64,000 nt of DNA, taken from assembly GCA_051294375.1 (NCBI GenBank), contig CM119264.1, positions 21,122,645 through 21,186,644 of the forward strand. Reading direction: 5' to 3'. The position numbers and the translations under genes were made by a program. Below the pieces are notes generated by a model, which was not told the origin of the DNA, did no database searches, and saw nothing but the letters and a program-made list of their open reading frames with translations. Shown piece by piece: positions 27,190 through 40,117 of the stretch; position 1 is the first letter of the stretch, and every line of letters starts with the position of its first letter. The DNA is from Paraspadella gotoi. Lineage: Eukaryota; Animalia; Chaetognatha.

Positions 27190-27934
27190 TTAGCAGATCC
27201 CGACTCTATAATTCACTTTGTCGGTCCGTCGGTCTGCCCTTTCAATATTGCCGGGCATTAACTTATATCATGTCAGAAGACAGAACATCGAATTATGATA
27301 AATTATGCAAAAAAAATTATGTCCATCTGTCTGTCTGTCTGTCCATCCGTCCGTCCGTCTATCCCACCTAAGCAAAAAATACCAATTACTCGTGATTGGA
27401 TGAATGGATTGTAATAAAATTTTGTGTGTGAGTAGGGAAGTGTGTGATTGAGCTGGATATGAAGTTTCTATGGAATCGTTCGAGTGGAAATGAGTTTAAA
27501 TGGAAAAAAACAAAAAAATATATTTCACTATTCAAACACCTATTGCTCATGAGTGAATGGGGCAATTGACCTGAAAATTTGTATGTGGGTAGGAAAGTGT
27601 GTGATTAAGCTGGAAATCAATTTTCGTTGGAATTGTTTGAGTGGAAATGAGTTTAAATAGAAAAAACAAAAAACCTGTTTTACTAATTGATTATGCTTTT
27701 TTTTCTTTTTATAGTAAATGTAAATGCAAGATGTATTAATTAATCAAATAGTAAATTAATTAATCAATAATTAATTAATCAGTCAATCAATCAAAACAAA
27801 CATTTCAAATCAAAAATTAAATTAAATTAAAATAAAATTAATTAATTAATTAATTTGAATTATTTAATTATTAATTGATTAATTACCGATAATGATCGTG
27901 GGCAGATCCGACATTGCTTGCTCAAGCTTGTTTT
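27170..27934 (+). mobile_element. Helentron/DINE-1-like element, family A (full length)
   Basis: 5' TTTTAGTCGGGTCTGCTTATTAGCAGATCCCGAC, a (GTCY)n tract, and 3' GCAGATCCGACATTGCTTGCTCAAGCTTGTTTT. Confidence 0.7.
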
Positions 27935-29056
27935 ATCACTTGCTTTGCTGTGACTCCACAAGATGGTTTTTCCGTCGGTCTTTCAGTTAGTATCTGTATT
28001 AAATTTTTTCCTCGTTGATTTTTTTTTTTTTTTTGAAATAATCTTTCTAAGTGAAATACGCTAAAATTTGGAATGAACTTAATAATAAAGGATCAGCTCA
28101 GCAAATAGCTTATTCTGATCTGATGATGGATTGAATTCAATCTTAAGAAAATTAAATAATAAGTAATACAATATTCTATTCATAGTTGTTCTTTTTCATA
28201 GTTTTTTATTGTGAACTAGAGAAAGAAATTGAATCGAATTAAGATATAATACTAGAATAGTAGAAAGATAATGAAAACGTAATACGAATGGAAGAAATTT
28301 CGACCACAATGTAACAGTAAAATCAAACGACAATTGGTATTTGAGAAAATCATTCTTCGAGCTACCTCTTTGAATCTAGGCGATACCGATGGTTCATATG
28401 TATAGAAGTTTCATTTATTCCTGCAACAGCAGGTGCGGCGTTTGGCGGAGAAAAAGTAGCAGCGATTGCGGAAAAAGAGAAACTCCGTTGATGGCAAAAG
28501 CCGTTGGCCCGAAAACAAACCCGAAAACTAATCGGGAACAAAAACAAATTATTCCAAGGAGTTTAAAATGTAGGTGAGGACAGAGAACAGAGTGAGAGAC
28601 TCGGAAAGCACCGCAAGAAAGAAGAGTTTTTATTTCGATTTAAGGTTTTAATTGAAAATTGTTGGGAAAATAAACCAGGAATGAAGCTGACATTTGGACT
28701 TTTCATTAAGAAACAATTTAATATTAAGAACCAGAATAAAGCATTTCTTTTGTAGAATTTGACGTCTAGTCTGATTCCCTGACGAGCGACAAAATAAAAA
28801 CTGACTTTTAAACTTGAGGGCCCAATTTTAAACGAATTGAAAAGACTATGTAAATCATTGTGACGGTGAAATGGGTCAAAGAGAGGCCGTACTCGCAGAA
28901 TCAGATGTAAATAAGAATCGGAGGTCAAGAAGAAAGAAAAGCAGAAGAACGAGAAAAGCGATTAGAGAAGGGAGGAGCGAGCGACGGAAAAGCCAAGCCA
29001 CGCCCTCAAATCATCATTACGCATCTGAATGTTGTCTGTCTTTGCGTCTGACGCGA

Positions 29057-29177
<121 letters not shown>

Positions 29178-29816
29178 TCCTTACGGAGATCAATAACGGC
29201 CAAGATCGAAAGAAAACAGACGCCGCTTAAAGATGAAGAAAAATGCAAAGAGGAATCGTAGAAATGAACTCAATTATTTTTTTTCTTAACCAAGAAATTC
29301 TTTTTAAGCGCCGCTTGCTAAGGAAGGTTACGAAAGCAATGGCTTTCTTTTAAAAAAACAGCTCGGGTTCTTTAAAATCTATCCTTTCGAAGATTTTTCA
29401 ATTTCAACAAACATTTGTGTTCGCGGAATGTAAACAGTTTTTTTTTCCGTTGGCCCACGAATAAAGTAACTTTATGTGACGCGTCGTGGGGAAAAAAAGC
29501 AAAAGAAAAAAGAACGTTGCCGCAAGCCCGGCGTTCGCCCGATATCGGTTTGCGATATCACATGAGATAGCTGGTTATCGGAATTTGGTTTCTGAGAGGA
29601 AAAACTTCGACGTTCCCCGTCTAGAGTTCGTCCCGAACCTAATTCCCCCATATTGATCCGTCAAATATATGTACACGGGGTGCAAAAAAAGTTTAGGTTT
29701 TTTTTTCGTTACAAAATTCCGTCACTTCGGGGGTCTTATAACCTAATACCTTCTTTAATTTTTTTATTATTAGAGTTCAACGGCTCCGAAAATCAGTTTA
29801 AGAAAGGATATAATAA

Positions 29817-30040
29817 TTTTTAGTCGGATCTGCTTATCAGCAGATCCCAACTCTATCCCAACTCTGTCCGTCTGTCCGCCCCCTCAATATTGTCGGGCAT
29901 TCACTTATATCATATCAGAACATCGAATTATGATAAATTATGCAAAAAAAATGATGTCCGTCCGTCCGTCCCACCTTAGCAAAAAACACCAATTACACGT
30001 GATTGAATGGATGGATTGGAATGAAATTTTGTGTGTGTTT
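29817..30040 (+). mobile_element. Helentron/DINE-1-like family A, 5' fragment
   Basis: TTTTTAGTCGGATCTGCTTATCAGCAGATCC followed by the conserved core and (GTCC)n. Confidence 0.65.
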
Positions 30041-30297
30041 AGTAGCGCGGATTATAAATACATAACTTGAATTAAACCTTCTCGAGTCCTCCTAATATTT
30101 TGGTTTTACCATTTTATAATCTATTCAACGGATTTCCGGACATTTTTAATCGCGAACCGATTCCGTTCACGTCAAAACGTAACGAGGGTTAGAATCCCCA
30201 TTGAAATCCCTTAGTCGTATTCAAAGTAGTTCATAATGCCGAAAGTTAAAAAAACTCCAAGATGATTATAATTGATTAATAATTTAATATATTTTCT

Positions 30298-30781
30298 TAG
30301 AAGAGTTTGAAATTGATATGAACAACGATTTATTTTGTTTTAATGGACATGTTTCGGCTTAGGTACAAGCCTTCTTCAGCATTAACATTAACTTATTTAT
30401 TCATAAGTAGCTAATTGTTAACACTAATCATTAAGTTTAAATAATATTTATCTTTGTTGTACATTGCACAATGTATTATTTTTCAAGTTCTCTCACTCTC
30501 TCTCTCACCATTTCAATTTCTTTTCACAAACTAGCTCTATTTGTTTCACCTTAATCTGTCCTCACAACTGACCAATGTCCTTTCTCAACTCTGTGTTGGA
30601 AACTTTGCCCATTCCCTTTCTCTCTCTCTCTCTCTCACTCTTTTCTTTATGCACACAATCTGTTTTAAATTTCACAACTAACAGTCCATTAAAACAAAAT
30701 AAATCGTTGTTGATATCAATTTCAAACTATTCTAATTATATCTACCCAACGAAAAGAAAGGATTACACCACAATGTCTAAC
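30298..30781 (+). mobile_element. Non-autonomous Penelope-like element with inverted 5' end
   Basis: Inverted arms at about 30297-30347 / 30684-30735, tail with CAACGAAAAGA, TSD AATATATTTTCT at 30286-30297 / 30782-30793. Confidence 0.78.
30340..30385 (-). ncRNA. Minimal type I hammerhead ribozyme
   Basis: UUAAUG-CUGAAGA-A-GGCUU(GUACCU)AAGCC-GAAAC-AU-GUC-CAUUAA: perfect 6-bp stem I and GUC cleavage triplet. Confidence 0.88.
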
Positions 30782-30893
30782 AATATATTTTCTATAAACT
30801 TTTTATTAATATTTAGCTAAATATAATTTTTGGGGGACGATTTAATTAATATTTTTATTAAAAGTTTTAACAGTTGCGATTTTTCTCTCAAAA

Positions 30894-31290
30894 GTGATTT
30901 TTAAAAAACCGAACCAGCGTAGTACATGTAGTATCAAAGAGACAGAAGATGGCTGTAAACAACAAACTGAAAAGCAAGTACATATTGCTGTTATTGAGCA
31001 GCCAAGCAGAAAATATGTGACCCATTCAACTGCTGCTACTATCACTGATTTTGTAAAAAAAAATGAATTGACCGACAGATGGATGGTTTTAAGAGGAGAC
31101 TCAACTAACACCAACACAGAATGGGAAAACGGAACTTTTGCTAACATAGAAAAAATATCTGGATATCATTTCCATTGGATGGTTTGCAGCCTTCATACCA
31201 ATGAGTTGGGCCTCCGTCATCTTGTCCAAAAAATTTCGCCAAAACAAGTGGATCAAATTCTTTTGAAGCTCCTATTGGTCCCCTTCTTCA
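30894..31290 (+). pseudogene. hAT-like (probably hATm) DDE transposase fragment
   Basis: GDSTNTNT...WMVCSLHTNELGLRHLV matches the D...CxxHxNEL.LRH motif of hAT-type transposases. The frame degenerates afterwards. Confidence 0.75.
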
Positions 31291-32749
31291 CTCTGGCCTC
31301 TACTTACAATCCTCGCATTCAGAAAAAAAACTACTTTTTCCAGTATTGTTCAGTTATTACTTACAATCTTAATTTAATTTGTACCACAATACAAATTGGG
31401 CCGAACTAGAGATTGGTTAAAATCATCTCGACCTATTTCTAATGATAAAAAAGTACAATTTTTGCAACATTTAGGAAAAAAAATCATGTCCATTTTTGTC
31501 CATTTTCACTTTCGTCTTCTGATTTTAATGCCAAGGAAAGTAGAGAAAATTTTTTTGTTTGGAAATCCGTTCTTCCTCATCTTCTTCACCTATGGGTAAA
31601 TTTATTTGGTTAAATCATTTGTAGTTTGCCTATGAATTAATTTTAAAATTGACAAGTCAAAAAGTTTCATTTTCAATTTTTATCATAATTTGTTAAACGA
31701 AAATAGTTCAAATTGGTTTAAATTAACAGAAAATATAGCTTATTGAATGAGCTTTTAATACCTACAAAATTGTAAAAAAAACTTTTTTTGTTAAGCCATA
31801 AATAATTTTTAAAGACGACAATTAATTTGTGACTTTTTGTGACTTGCATTTATTTTTTATAAAGATAAGATTTTAAATTCATTTTATAGTTTTAACAGAT
31901 GAGGTACATACTGATGTTAATAAAACAAAAAAAACCGCATCATTTTAACCTAATGGAAAGCGTCAGAACTTCTTTTTTCTAAAATTGAAATAAAAACATG
32001 TGATACCGTAAATTTCTTTTCTTATAATGCATATTAAAGAATTTCTTCGATTTGGCTCAATGTAAAGGCAGAAAATTAGTGGGAGGGAAGTGAAAAGAGA
32101 GAACAAGAAAAGGAGAATGGGAGAGAATGAGAAAGAAGGGGGAAATGCAAAATAAAGAAGGCAAAGGGGGAAAAAAATAGGGATATAAAAGAAAATCGGG
32201 GAAAAAGAGGGGAAATATGGAAAGAAAAAGAGGAGGAAAATAGGGTAAAAGATAAGGAAAGAGAGAAAAAAGGATAAGGAAAGTAAAATAGTTGCAGAGA
32301 AAGGTAAGGTCGGAAAAAAGATAAGTGACGGCCTGAAAAGTAGGGGAGGAAAGAGGAAAGGAAAATTAGAAACACAGAGAAGAACAGAGGTGAAGAGAAA
32401 GAATCAGGGAAAAGGAATGAAGGGAAAAAAATTGTATCAGATAATGTGGCGTCTTGCCTGAGAAGTTTTGAGTAATTTAAAGCCGAATAAGTTCAAAGGA
32501 GGAATTTGATCTTTAAAAGTTCGTACCATAAAAATTCATTCATACTTTCATCTGAAATTCGGTAGTTAATGAGATTAGATTGATAATCACTGAAGAAATA
32601 ATGTCTTACCGTATTTTTAACTCGTAGAAATTCAACTGAACAATACTGTGTAATAGGAATGAGATAACCATTGCAAACCGTTTTTTTAAATATAGAACAC
32701 ATCATACTAATCACTGAGATCAAAAGAGTTGGTTATTATTTAATTTCAG

Positions 32750-33493
32750 AAATCATTGTCTAAAAGAGTTCGATCGTACGTGGAGCCTCTATTGAATCAT
32801 TGTCTTGGAATAAGACCTTTGAGAAAGGAAGGTGGTTTCAGATCTTTCACGTGATCAACGTTATCTTTGGTATGCAGTAGAAAGTGTAAGGGAAGGGAAA
32901 ATTCGTCAAGGCAAAACTGAAAAGTCTTTTTGATGTAACAAATTATGCAGTTATGTGGTTTGAGTGGAAATGTATTCCAGAACTAAAAGATGAGCCCAAA
33001 AATGTTTTTAATCAAATTAAATTGCTCAAGTACCTTCCTAACAAAACAGTACAAATAATAAAGCCCAATATAAAATCTTGGTATGCACACCCAGAGACTT
33101 TGTTATTAGTTATGATGGCAGATGATGATACAAAAATTAGAAATCTTGCTCTCCAAAAAATCTTTACGTTGAGACAAATTCGGACATTGGCGACAAATAT
33201 GTAAGCCACCTCTTAATTTCAATGCAACAAGTTATATCGAGATAATTGATTGGAATGCTGTGGTTATAACAGAATCAATCTTAACTTTTTCCATGTCTAT
33301 AAAAGAGCTTAAAAATATTGAAAAAGAAAAGGTTATACTTCTTCCTTTTCCAAGTCATACTCAATTGGTTGAACGTTTAATAAGAGATATAACTGATGTT
33401 TCTGCCCATGTTTCTGGTTTTAATAATAGAGATGGTTACATTCGAGCAAGAATTACCGCAGTTCCCAAAGCAGATACAAAAAAGATTTCATAA
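32750..33493 (+). pseudogene. C-terminal fragments of the same hAT-like transposase
   Basis: WYAHPETLLLVMMADDD...IR...AL..I and FPSHTQLVERLIRDITDVS..VSG...RDGYIRARI (catalytic ER motif), broken by frameshifts. Confidence 0.8.
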
Positions 33494-33931
33494 AAATAAA
33501 AAAATTATAATTTAATGATATCTATATCAAAAATACTGATCTACACAAAGTTTTTATTATGACTTTATTCATTTGTGCTGCCCGCTAAATGAAACAAACT
33601 TTTATAGCGCTTACTATTATTTTATGGGAGTCATGGCGCCTGTGTGGCAGCCTGTGTTACCTCGTTGGTTTCATGGCAATGGTGTCTAAATAATTTTACT
33701 ATCATTATTATCAGAACTTTAATTCCTCATGATTAAATCATTATCGGCATTATTCTCATCGTCGTCGTTTTTTTTGTCGTGGTTACTGACGAAAAGACTT
33801 CAAAACAAATATTTTGGATCAAATTAATTAATTAATTGCCTAATTAATTGATTAACTTCAATTATTAAATTATTAATTAATTATTTACCGATAATGATCG
33901 TGGGCAGATACGACATTGTTTGCTCAAACTT

Positions 33932-34520
33932 GTTTTTAGTCGGATCTGCTTATCAGCAGATCCTTACTCTATAATTCACTTTGTCAGTCCGTTGGTCCGC
34001 CCTCTCAGTATTGTCGGGCACTCACTTATATCATGTCAGAACATCAAATTATGATAAATTATGCAAAAAAAATGATATCCGTTCTTCCATCTGTCTGTCT
34101 GTCAGTCCATCCGTCCCACCTTAGCAAAAAACACCAATTACTCGTGATTGGATAGATGGTTTAGAATGAAATTTTGTGTGTGGGCAGGGAAGTGTGTGAT
34201 TGAGCTGGATATTAAGTTTTGATGAAATCGTCTTAATTAAATGTAATGGCAAGATGTATTAAATAATCAAATAATTAATCAGTTAATTAATCAATTAGTC
34301 CATAAATTAATCAATAAATAAATAATCAGCCAATTAATTAAGTCAATCGTTATTGGCATTATTCTCATTGTTGTTATTGCTTTTGTCGTGGTTAGTGATG
34401 AAAAGACCTAAAAACAAACTGACTTATTAATTAATTAATTATTAATTATTTAATTATTAATTAATTAATTACCGATAATGATCGTAGGCAGATTCGACAT
34501 TGTTTGCTCAAACTTGTTTA
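33932..34520 (+). mobile_element. Helentron/DINE-1-like family A, head-to-tail with the 3' end of another copy (about 33730-33935)
   Basis: The 3' terminus ...TGCTCAAACTTGTTTTT abuts the 5' terminus AGTCGGATCTGC; a second 3' terminus lies at about 34490-34519. Confidence 0.7.
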
Positions 34521-34937
34521 CTATAAGATTCTCTGCAAGCCAAAATGAATCAAGATTTTTCGTAATGCTAACCGAAAGTGGAAATTTTCGTTGTTTTACT
34601 TCTGTCTTTCCTCTCTTTTTTTTTACTCCATTTATTTTCCAACAGCCTAACCTTTGCTTGATCTCGGGGATTAAATGGGTTCCGAGATGTTGAACAATGA
34701 CAAAAACCACAAAAACAAAACGAAATATATATATATTTAAAAAAAAACTTACCTCGGGGCTGACCTACCTAGACGTTCTTCTCAACACTTTTTCTCGATT
34801 TTCCTCTTTCACTTTATTTAGTTACATATTTATCCGTTTTTTTTCTGCCTTATTTCGATATTTTCTGTGATTTTCCAATTTCTTCTGACAAGTTATTCTT
34901 TCATTTCTTTCCCAGTTCGTTTAAGTTTTCTATTTAT

Positions 34938-35238
34938 TTTTTAGTTGCGCCGCGAGTACTCTTTTGCATATAATTTGCCTATAGTTATATATGTACCAAT
35001 TTCATAAGACAGAAATAAACCTCAAATCTAAGGGACTGCTAGCGCCGCCTTCAGGAATTCCTAAATTTATAAAGAATAAAAGACGAAATTTTGAGGCAGT
35101 GCATATCATAAATAAATGGTCAAAACAAGTTTTTAGTCATGTCATGTCATGTCATATCATATCATGTGATCAAAGGGAAAAATACGTGAAAATAAAGTGA
35201 CTGTGGCGCAACACATTGGGATTACCGTTCTTGTTTTA
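34938..35238 (+). mobile_element. Helentron/DINE-1-like family B, internally deleted
   Basis: TTTTAGTTGCGCCGCGAGTACTC...GGCGCAACAC...ATTACCGTTCTTGTTTT; reverse-complement homolog of 9279-9776. Confidence 0.65.
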
Positions 35239-35730
35239 CCAGATTTATTACTTTGTTTTTCTTGTTTATCATTTTTCAATATCTCTATCAGCTTTCCTTG
35301 TTTTCCCTTTCTTCACTTTTTGAGCTGCTTTTAGCTATTTAACTTTAATTACCCGTCATTTTTTTAAAAAAACTTTTTTCTTACCTAATTTTTATCACTA
35401 CTTATTTCCCCTTGTTTTCACATTTGTTTTTCTTATTTAGATAAGAAAAAAAATTATTTCCCCCAAGAATCAACTATAATAGTGTGTTGTATTTAATCCA
35501 AAGGAAGTAAAAACGGAAGTTGCCAAAGAAGTTAAAAATTCTAAAGATATACAGCAATAATAATTGTTTAATAATAATTCAAGAATTTCACAAATTTAAG
35601 ATTCTTTTCGCGTAATAATACGAGAAATAATACGTAGAATTCTTATGAAATTTGATTAATTTCAAAAGTTTCAATGTTTTGAACTTGTTCAAATCAAGTT
35701 CCTACCAGTAGAAGTAAAAGAAATTAATCA

Positions 35731-35779
<49 letters not shown>

Positions 35780-36967
35780 CCTTAACTCGTTTCGATCCGC
35801 GAAGAAGGGCAAAGGTTGAGTCAACTAATTAAAGGTTTTACACCACACAATGAAATCTAACAGCGAACATTTTTTTTCCTAATTAATATTTCGACTTTGG
35901 ATTAAGGATCTCCGGCTGATGCAACCTAAATTTTTTTTAAATGAGTCAACATTCTTCCCTTCCCTTCAAAATTTAATGTTCACAGAGTTATACTCACAAA
36001 AGTCAAATTTAGTTGAAAAAAATGTTTTCATTTTTTGGTCTTCGAGTTCAAATTATTTAACTTTAATTACCCGTCATTTAAAAACAAAAAATTTTCTTAC
36101 CTAATTTTTATCACTACTTATTTCCCCATGTTTTTAAATTTCATTTTTATCTCGTCGTCGTCGACGTCGTCGTCGTCGTCATCGTCGTCGCCGCCGCCGC
36201 CGCCGCGGCGCTGTTTTTATATAAAAACTACTACGCTTTTATAGGTTTGGCTGGGACTTACCGTTTTTTTTAAAATAAAAATTATTATGAATTATGATAA
36301 ATTTTTACAAAAGTGTGCGATCATAGTAAGTTAAAAATTTAGATATGGCTTCTCATCTTGAAATAGCTTTGATATTTTCTCATTACATTTGGATTTAAGT
36401 ATTTTTTGTTTGAATTTCCACTTCATTACGATTTACTGCAATATGCAAATGAGATTAAAGTATTCATTATATTATCCAAATTATTATACAGAAATGCTTT
36501 AATCTAATTTACATATTGCAGTATATAATATTGAAGATGAAATTCATAAAATTTTTTAAAATCTATAATAATAATAATTTTAATACAAATAAAAATAAAA
36601 TCGTTACCAACCTATGATTGGAAAAAATTGGAAAAATTTCCAATTGTAAACCATTGTAACATTTTTTGCCTTTCTTTTATTTATATTTTAATTATATATA
36701 TATTTTTTTCAGACGCTGCCTTTTCTGAATCTTTTAAAAACGAGTTCAGGCTCTCTCTCCGTTTTTCTCAGTCTCTCGCAGTCTCTCTCTGTCTTTCTCT
36801 GTGTGCGTCTGTCTCTCTCTGTACGATCTCTTGCGTGATCGTTCGTTTTTTGAAAAATTCTGATTATTTTTTTCTTTCTAAAAAAATTATATTTGATCAG
36901 GCGCTGCCTTTTCTGAATCGTTTAAAAACGAGTTCAGGCTCTCTCTCTCTCTCTCCGTCTCCCTCCG

Positions 36968-37002
<35 letters not shown>

Positions 37003-37135
37003 TTCTCACTATCTCTCTCTATCTCTCTCTCTCTCTTTTTTTTTACAAAAAAATAAAAATTATTCACTTTTTTTTCACCACCGTCACAAGGCGACGAGTA
37101 AACGAGTTCCGGCTCTCTCTCTCTCTCTCCTCTCT

Positions 37136-37170
<35 letters not shown>

Positions 37171-37177
37171 CTATCTG

Positions 37178-37210
<33 letters not shown>

Positions 37211-37456
37211 GTACGATCGTTGGTTTTTTGAAAAATTCTTATTATTTTTTTCCTTCTAAAAACTTTTATTATCGCCATTTATTTTTTTTCTCAATACAAA
37301 ATCCCAAATTTACATCCGAAATTTTCGTGGATTCATTTTAGAAAAAGGGAAGAATAACTTATAATGCAGGCAATGTCACATGTACATCAACTTGTGTGAC
37401 AGGTAGGCGATACCTGCTATATATCCGGCAATTGCGCGGATTTAAATAAATAACAT

Positions 37457-37585
37457 TAGGACAAAAACAGTTTTATTTGACAACGATTTAATTGACACAA
37501 TTTAGTCAGACATGTTTCGGCTCTTTCACTTAGAGCCTTCATCAGTGCTTTTGACAATCAATATTTAGTCTCTGTTAAAGTAAGT

Positions 37586-37655
<70 letters not shown>

Positions 37656-38004
37656 TGAGGGAGAGTTTCCAACAAAAATAAGGTAAGGGACAGTTGTCAG
37701 ATGTGAGGACAGCTGAAGGTAAGGAGAGGGAAGAAGTAAGTCTTGAAAAATGAAAAAGAGTGAGAGAGAGAGAGAGAGCAAAGCAAAAATTTAAACAATA
37801 CATTTAACAATGTACAACAGAGATAAAGTGCATTAAATAATCTAAATATAAACTGAAATTAAATGTTAACAACGGAAATAAATAAGTTAGTAGAATAAAG
37901 TGAATAAACATGTCTGACTAAATTTGTGTCAATTAAATCGTTGTCAAATAAAACTGTTTTTGTCCTAATACCTCAAAAAAACAACGAAAAGAGAGTATAT
38001 ACAT
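37457..38004 (+). mobile_element. Non-autonomous Penelope-like element with long inverted portion
   Basis: Inverted arms at about 37455-37517 / 37907-37969, tail with CAACGAAAAGA, TSD AATAAATAACAT at 37445-37456 / 38005-38016. Confidence 0.78.
37505..37548 (-). ncRNA. Minimal type I hammerhead ribozyme
   Basis: CUGAUGA-A-GGCUCU(AAGUGAA)AGAGCC-GAAAC-AU-GUC; stem I is weak. Confidence 0.75.
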
Positions 38005-38531
38005 AATAAATAACATATAATATAAAAATATAACAATCTAAAATTTCATTCAAGATTAAAATTTTTTAAGATGCGGAAATAAAATTTATTTGAATAAGTA
38101 AAAAAATATTGGAAGTCAAAAATATCATATTCGTTAACTGATTATTGTCAACTATATATTTTGTTAATAGAGATTATAATTTTTTGACCGTTATTTTTGA
38201 AAATAGTTTAGCTTTATAGCAACGAGTTTTCATTTCATACAATCAATATCAATCTCATTCATTTTCAATAATATGCAAAAAAATAAGGTTTTCAACCTAA
38301 TTTTGAACCAGATGAACAAAAGACTTCAGTCTTATTTCAATTGAAAAAAAAAAGAAAGTTAATTGATGCTTAATCACACTCTAATAAAACAATTTTATTT
38401 TTATCACGCCACTTTTTTCTTAATACAAAATCCTAAATTTATTTCCGAGATTTTCGTGGATTTTTTATTTTTTCCTTTTAAAAACTTTTATTATTATTTT
38501 ATTATTCTCTCTATATTTCTCTCTCAATCAA

Positions 38532-38613
<82 letters not shown>

Positions 38614-39113
38614 AATTAACTCATCGCGTCAATGAATGACTAGCATCGCATCAATGAATACTATCATCGCATCAATGAATGATTATCATCCGATCAATAA
38701 AATACTATCATCACATCAATGAATGATTATAATCGCATCAATGAATGAATATCATCGCATCCATCATTTGGTTATCATCGCATCAATCCTTTGGTTATCA
38801 TCGCATCAATATTTGGTTATCATCACATCAATATTTGGTTATCATCGCATCAATATTTGGTTATCATCAAAAGCAGGCTCGATCCCTATTGCTTTTAAGA
38901 TTTTTTTTACTAAAATCTTGTGCGTTTTCATTCATTTTACATTTGTAGTTCAATATTCAATATTCCCCTTCCATTTGTAATGTTTCACCCCTCTTTCTTC
39001 GTACATTATTGCATTTTGACTTCTCTCCCCTGTTTCCTTTTACTTCTTTTCATTTTAACTTTTCACTCGCGTTTCTTCTTACTTCTTTATCCATTTTCCA
39101 TCTACGTGCGAAG

Positions 39114-39195
39114 ACGGCGCGAACACAAAAGAGGGAGGGGCAGCGAGTCCCGAAGGCGCCCGACGCAAAACAGGGGCAAGACCTCATCATTGAGG
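39114..39195 (+). CDS. Candidate internal exon
   Basis: Follows a long pyrimidine tract and reads TARTQKREGQRVPKAPDAKQGQDLIIE. It joins 40047 in frame only through a GC donor. Confidence 0.25.
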
Positions 39196-40046
39196 GCAAT
39201 GGGTGGGGGGATCTCGAGGCAATGGGTGCGGGGATCATGGGGCAATGGGTTCGAGGATCACGAGGGAAAGGGTGGGGGATTGCGAGAAAAAATGATGGGG
39301 GTGAGAGCAAAAACGGATAAGAAGGTAATGGGTGAGATGATCAGTGGGAAAGGGGCTGGAAAAAATATTTGGTGGAATTAGTAGACGAGGGGACCAGGGG
39401 TAGGTGAGCCGTGAACAATGCGTGGGAGAGGTGAGTGATGGCGGGAGTTGAAAGGAAATTGCTCAAGGATAAAAATTGAAATGGTGGGTAAAGCAGTTGG
39501 CTAGCCGGAGGAGGGGTGGTTGCAGAGCAAAGAGTCACGTGTTGCATAAAAAACGTAAAAGTTGGAAAAATTGAGAAATTGGAAGGTTGAAATCAGGAAC
39601 AGACTTTGCTTTTAAATTGGTCAAAAGTTATTTAAAGAGATATAATAATCGCTTTTGAAGATTATGTGCAAGCAAGTTTTAATTCTACGAAAAGAAAATT
39701 ATTTCTTCAAATCGATGGCGTCATCCACTTACCCGACTCACACACTTCGGACGTGACCTAATCATTTCTTTTATTCTGACGAAACAGGACAAATTTTTTT
39801 CCCCTACTTTTTCATTCTAAGTAACTTGAAAAGTATTACAAAACCTAAGTCTCGCTACGACGTGCCGTTAATTGAAGCCCTCTCTTTGAATGCCATGCCC
39901 GTTGCCCCTGGTTCGTTTTTCCTTTCACACCTTTAAACCGTTCAAGACTCCTCGCGCCCAACCTCAACTCGCAAACCCGTTCATCCCCCGCCCCGAGTTC
40001 TCATCTTCCATGTCATAAAATATCCCATTTTCTTCTCGCGCCACAG

Positions 40047-40117
40047 AAGCCGTGGAACTACTGAACGAAGACGACTACGACGACGACGATAAAGACGAAG
40101 TCGAGGGCAGAAAATAA
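40047..40117 (+). CDS. Candidate terminal coding exon with acidic tail
   Basis: Strong acceptor TTTTCTTCTCGCGCCACAG|; phase-1 frame AVELLNEDDYDDDDKDEVEGRK*. Confidence 0.45.

Noticed and set aside
28119-28152. CTGATGA followed by a palindrome
   Set aside because: There is no properly placed GAAAC...GUH or stem I, so it is not called a hammerhead.
40073-40093. DYDDDDK resembling a FLAG tag or enterokinase site
   Set aside because: It derives from a (GAC)n run common in this genome, and there is no vector context.
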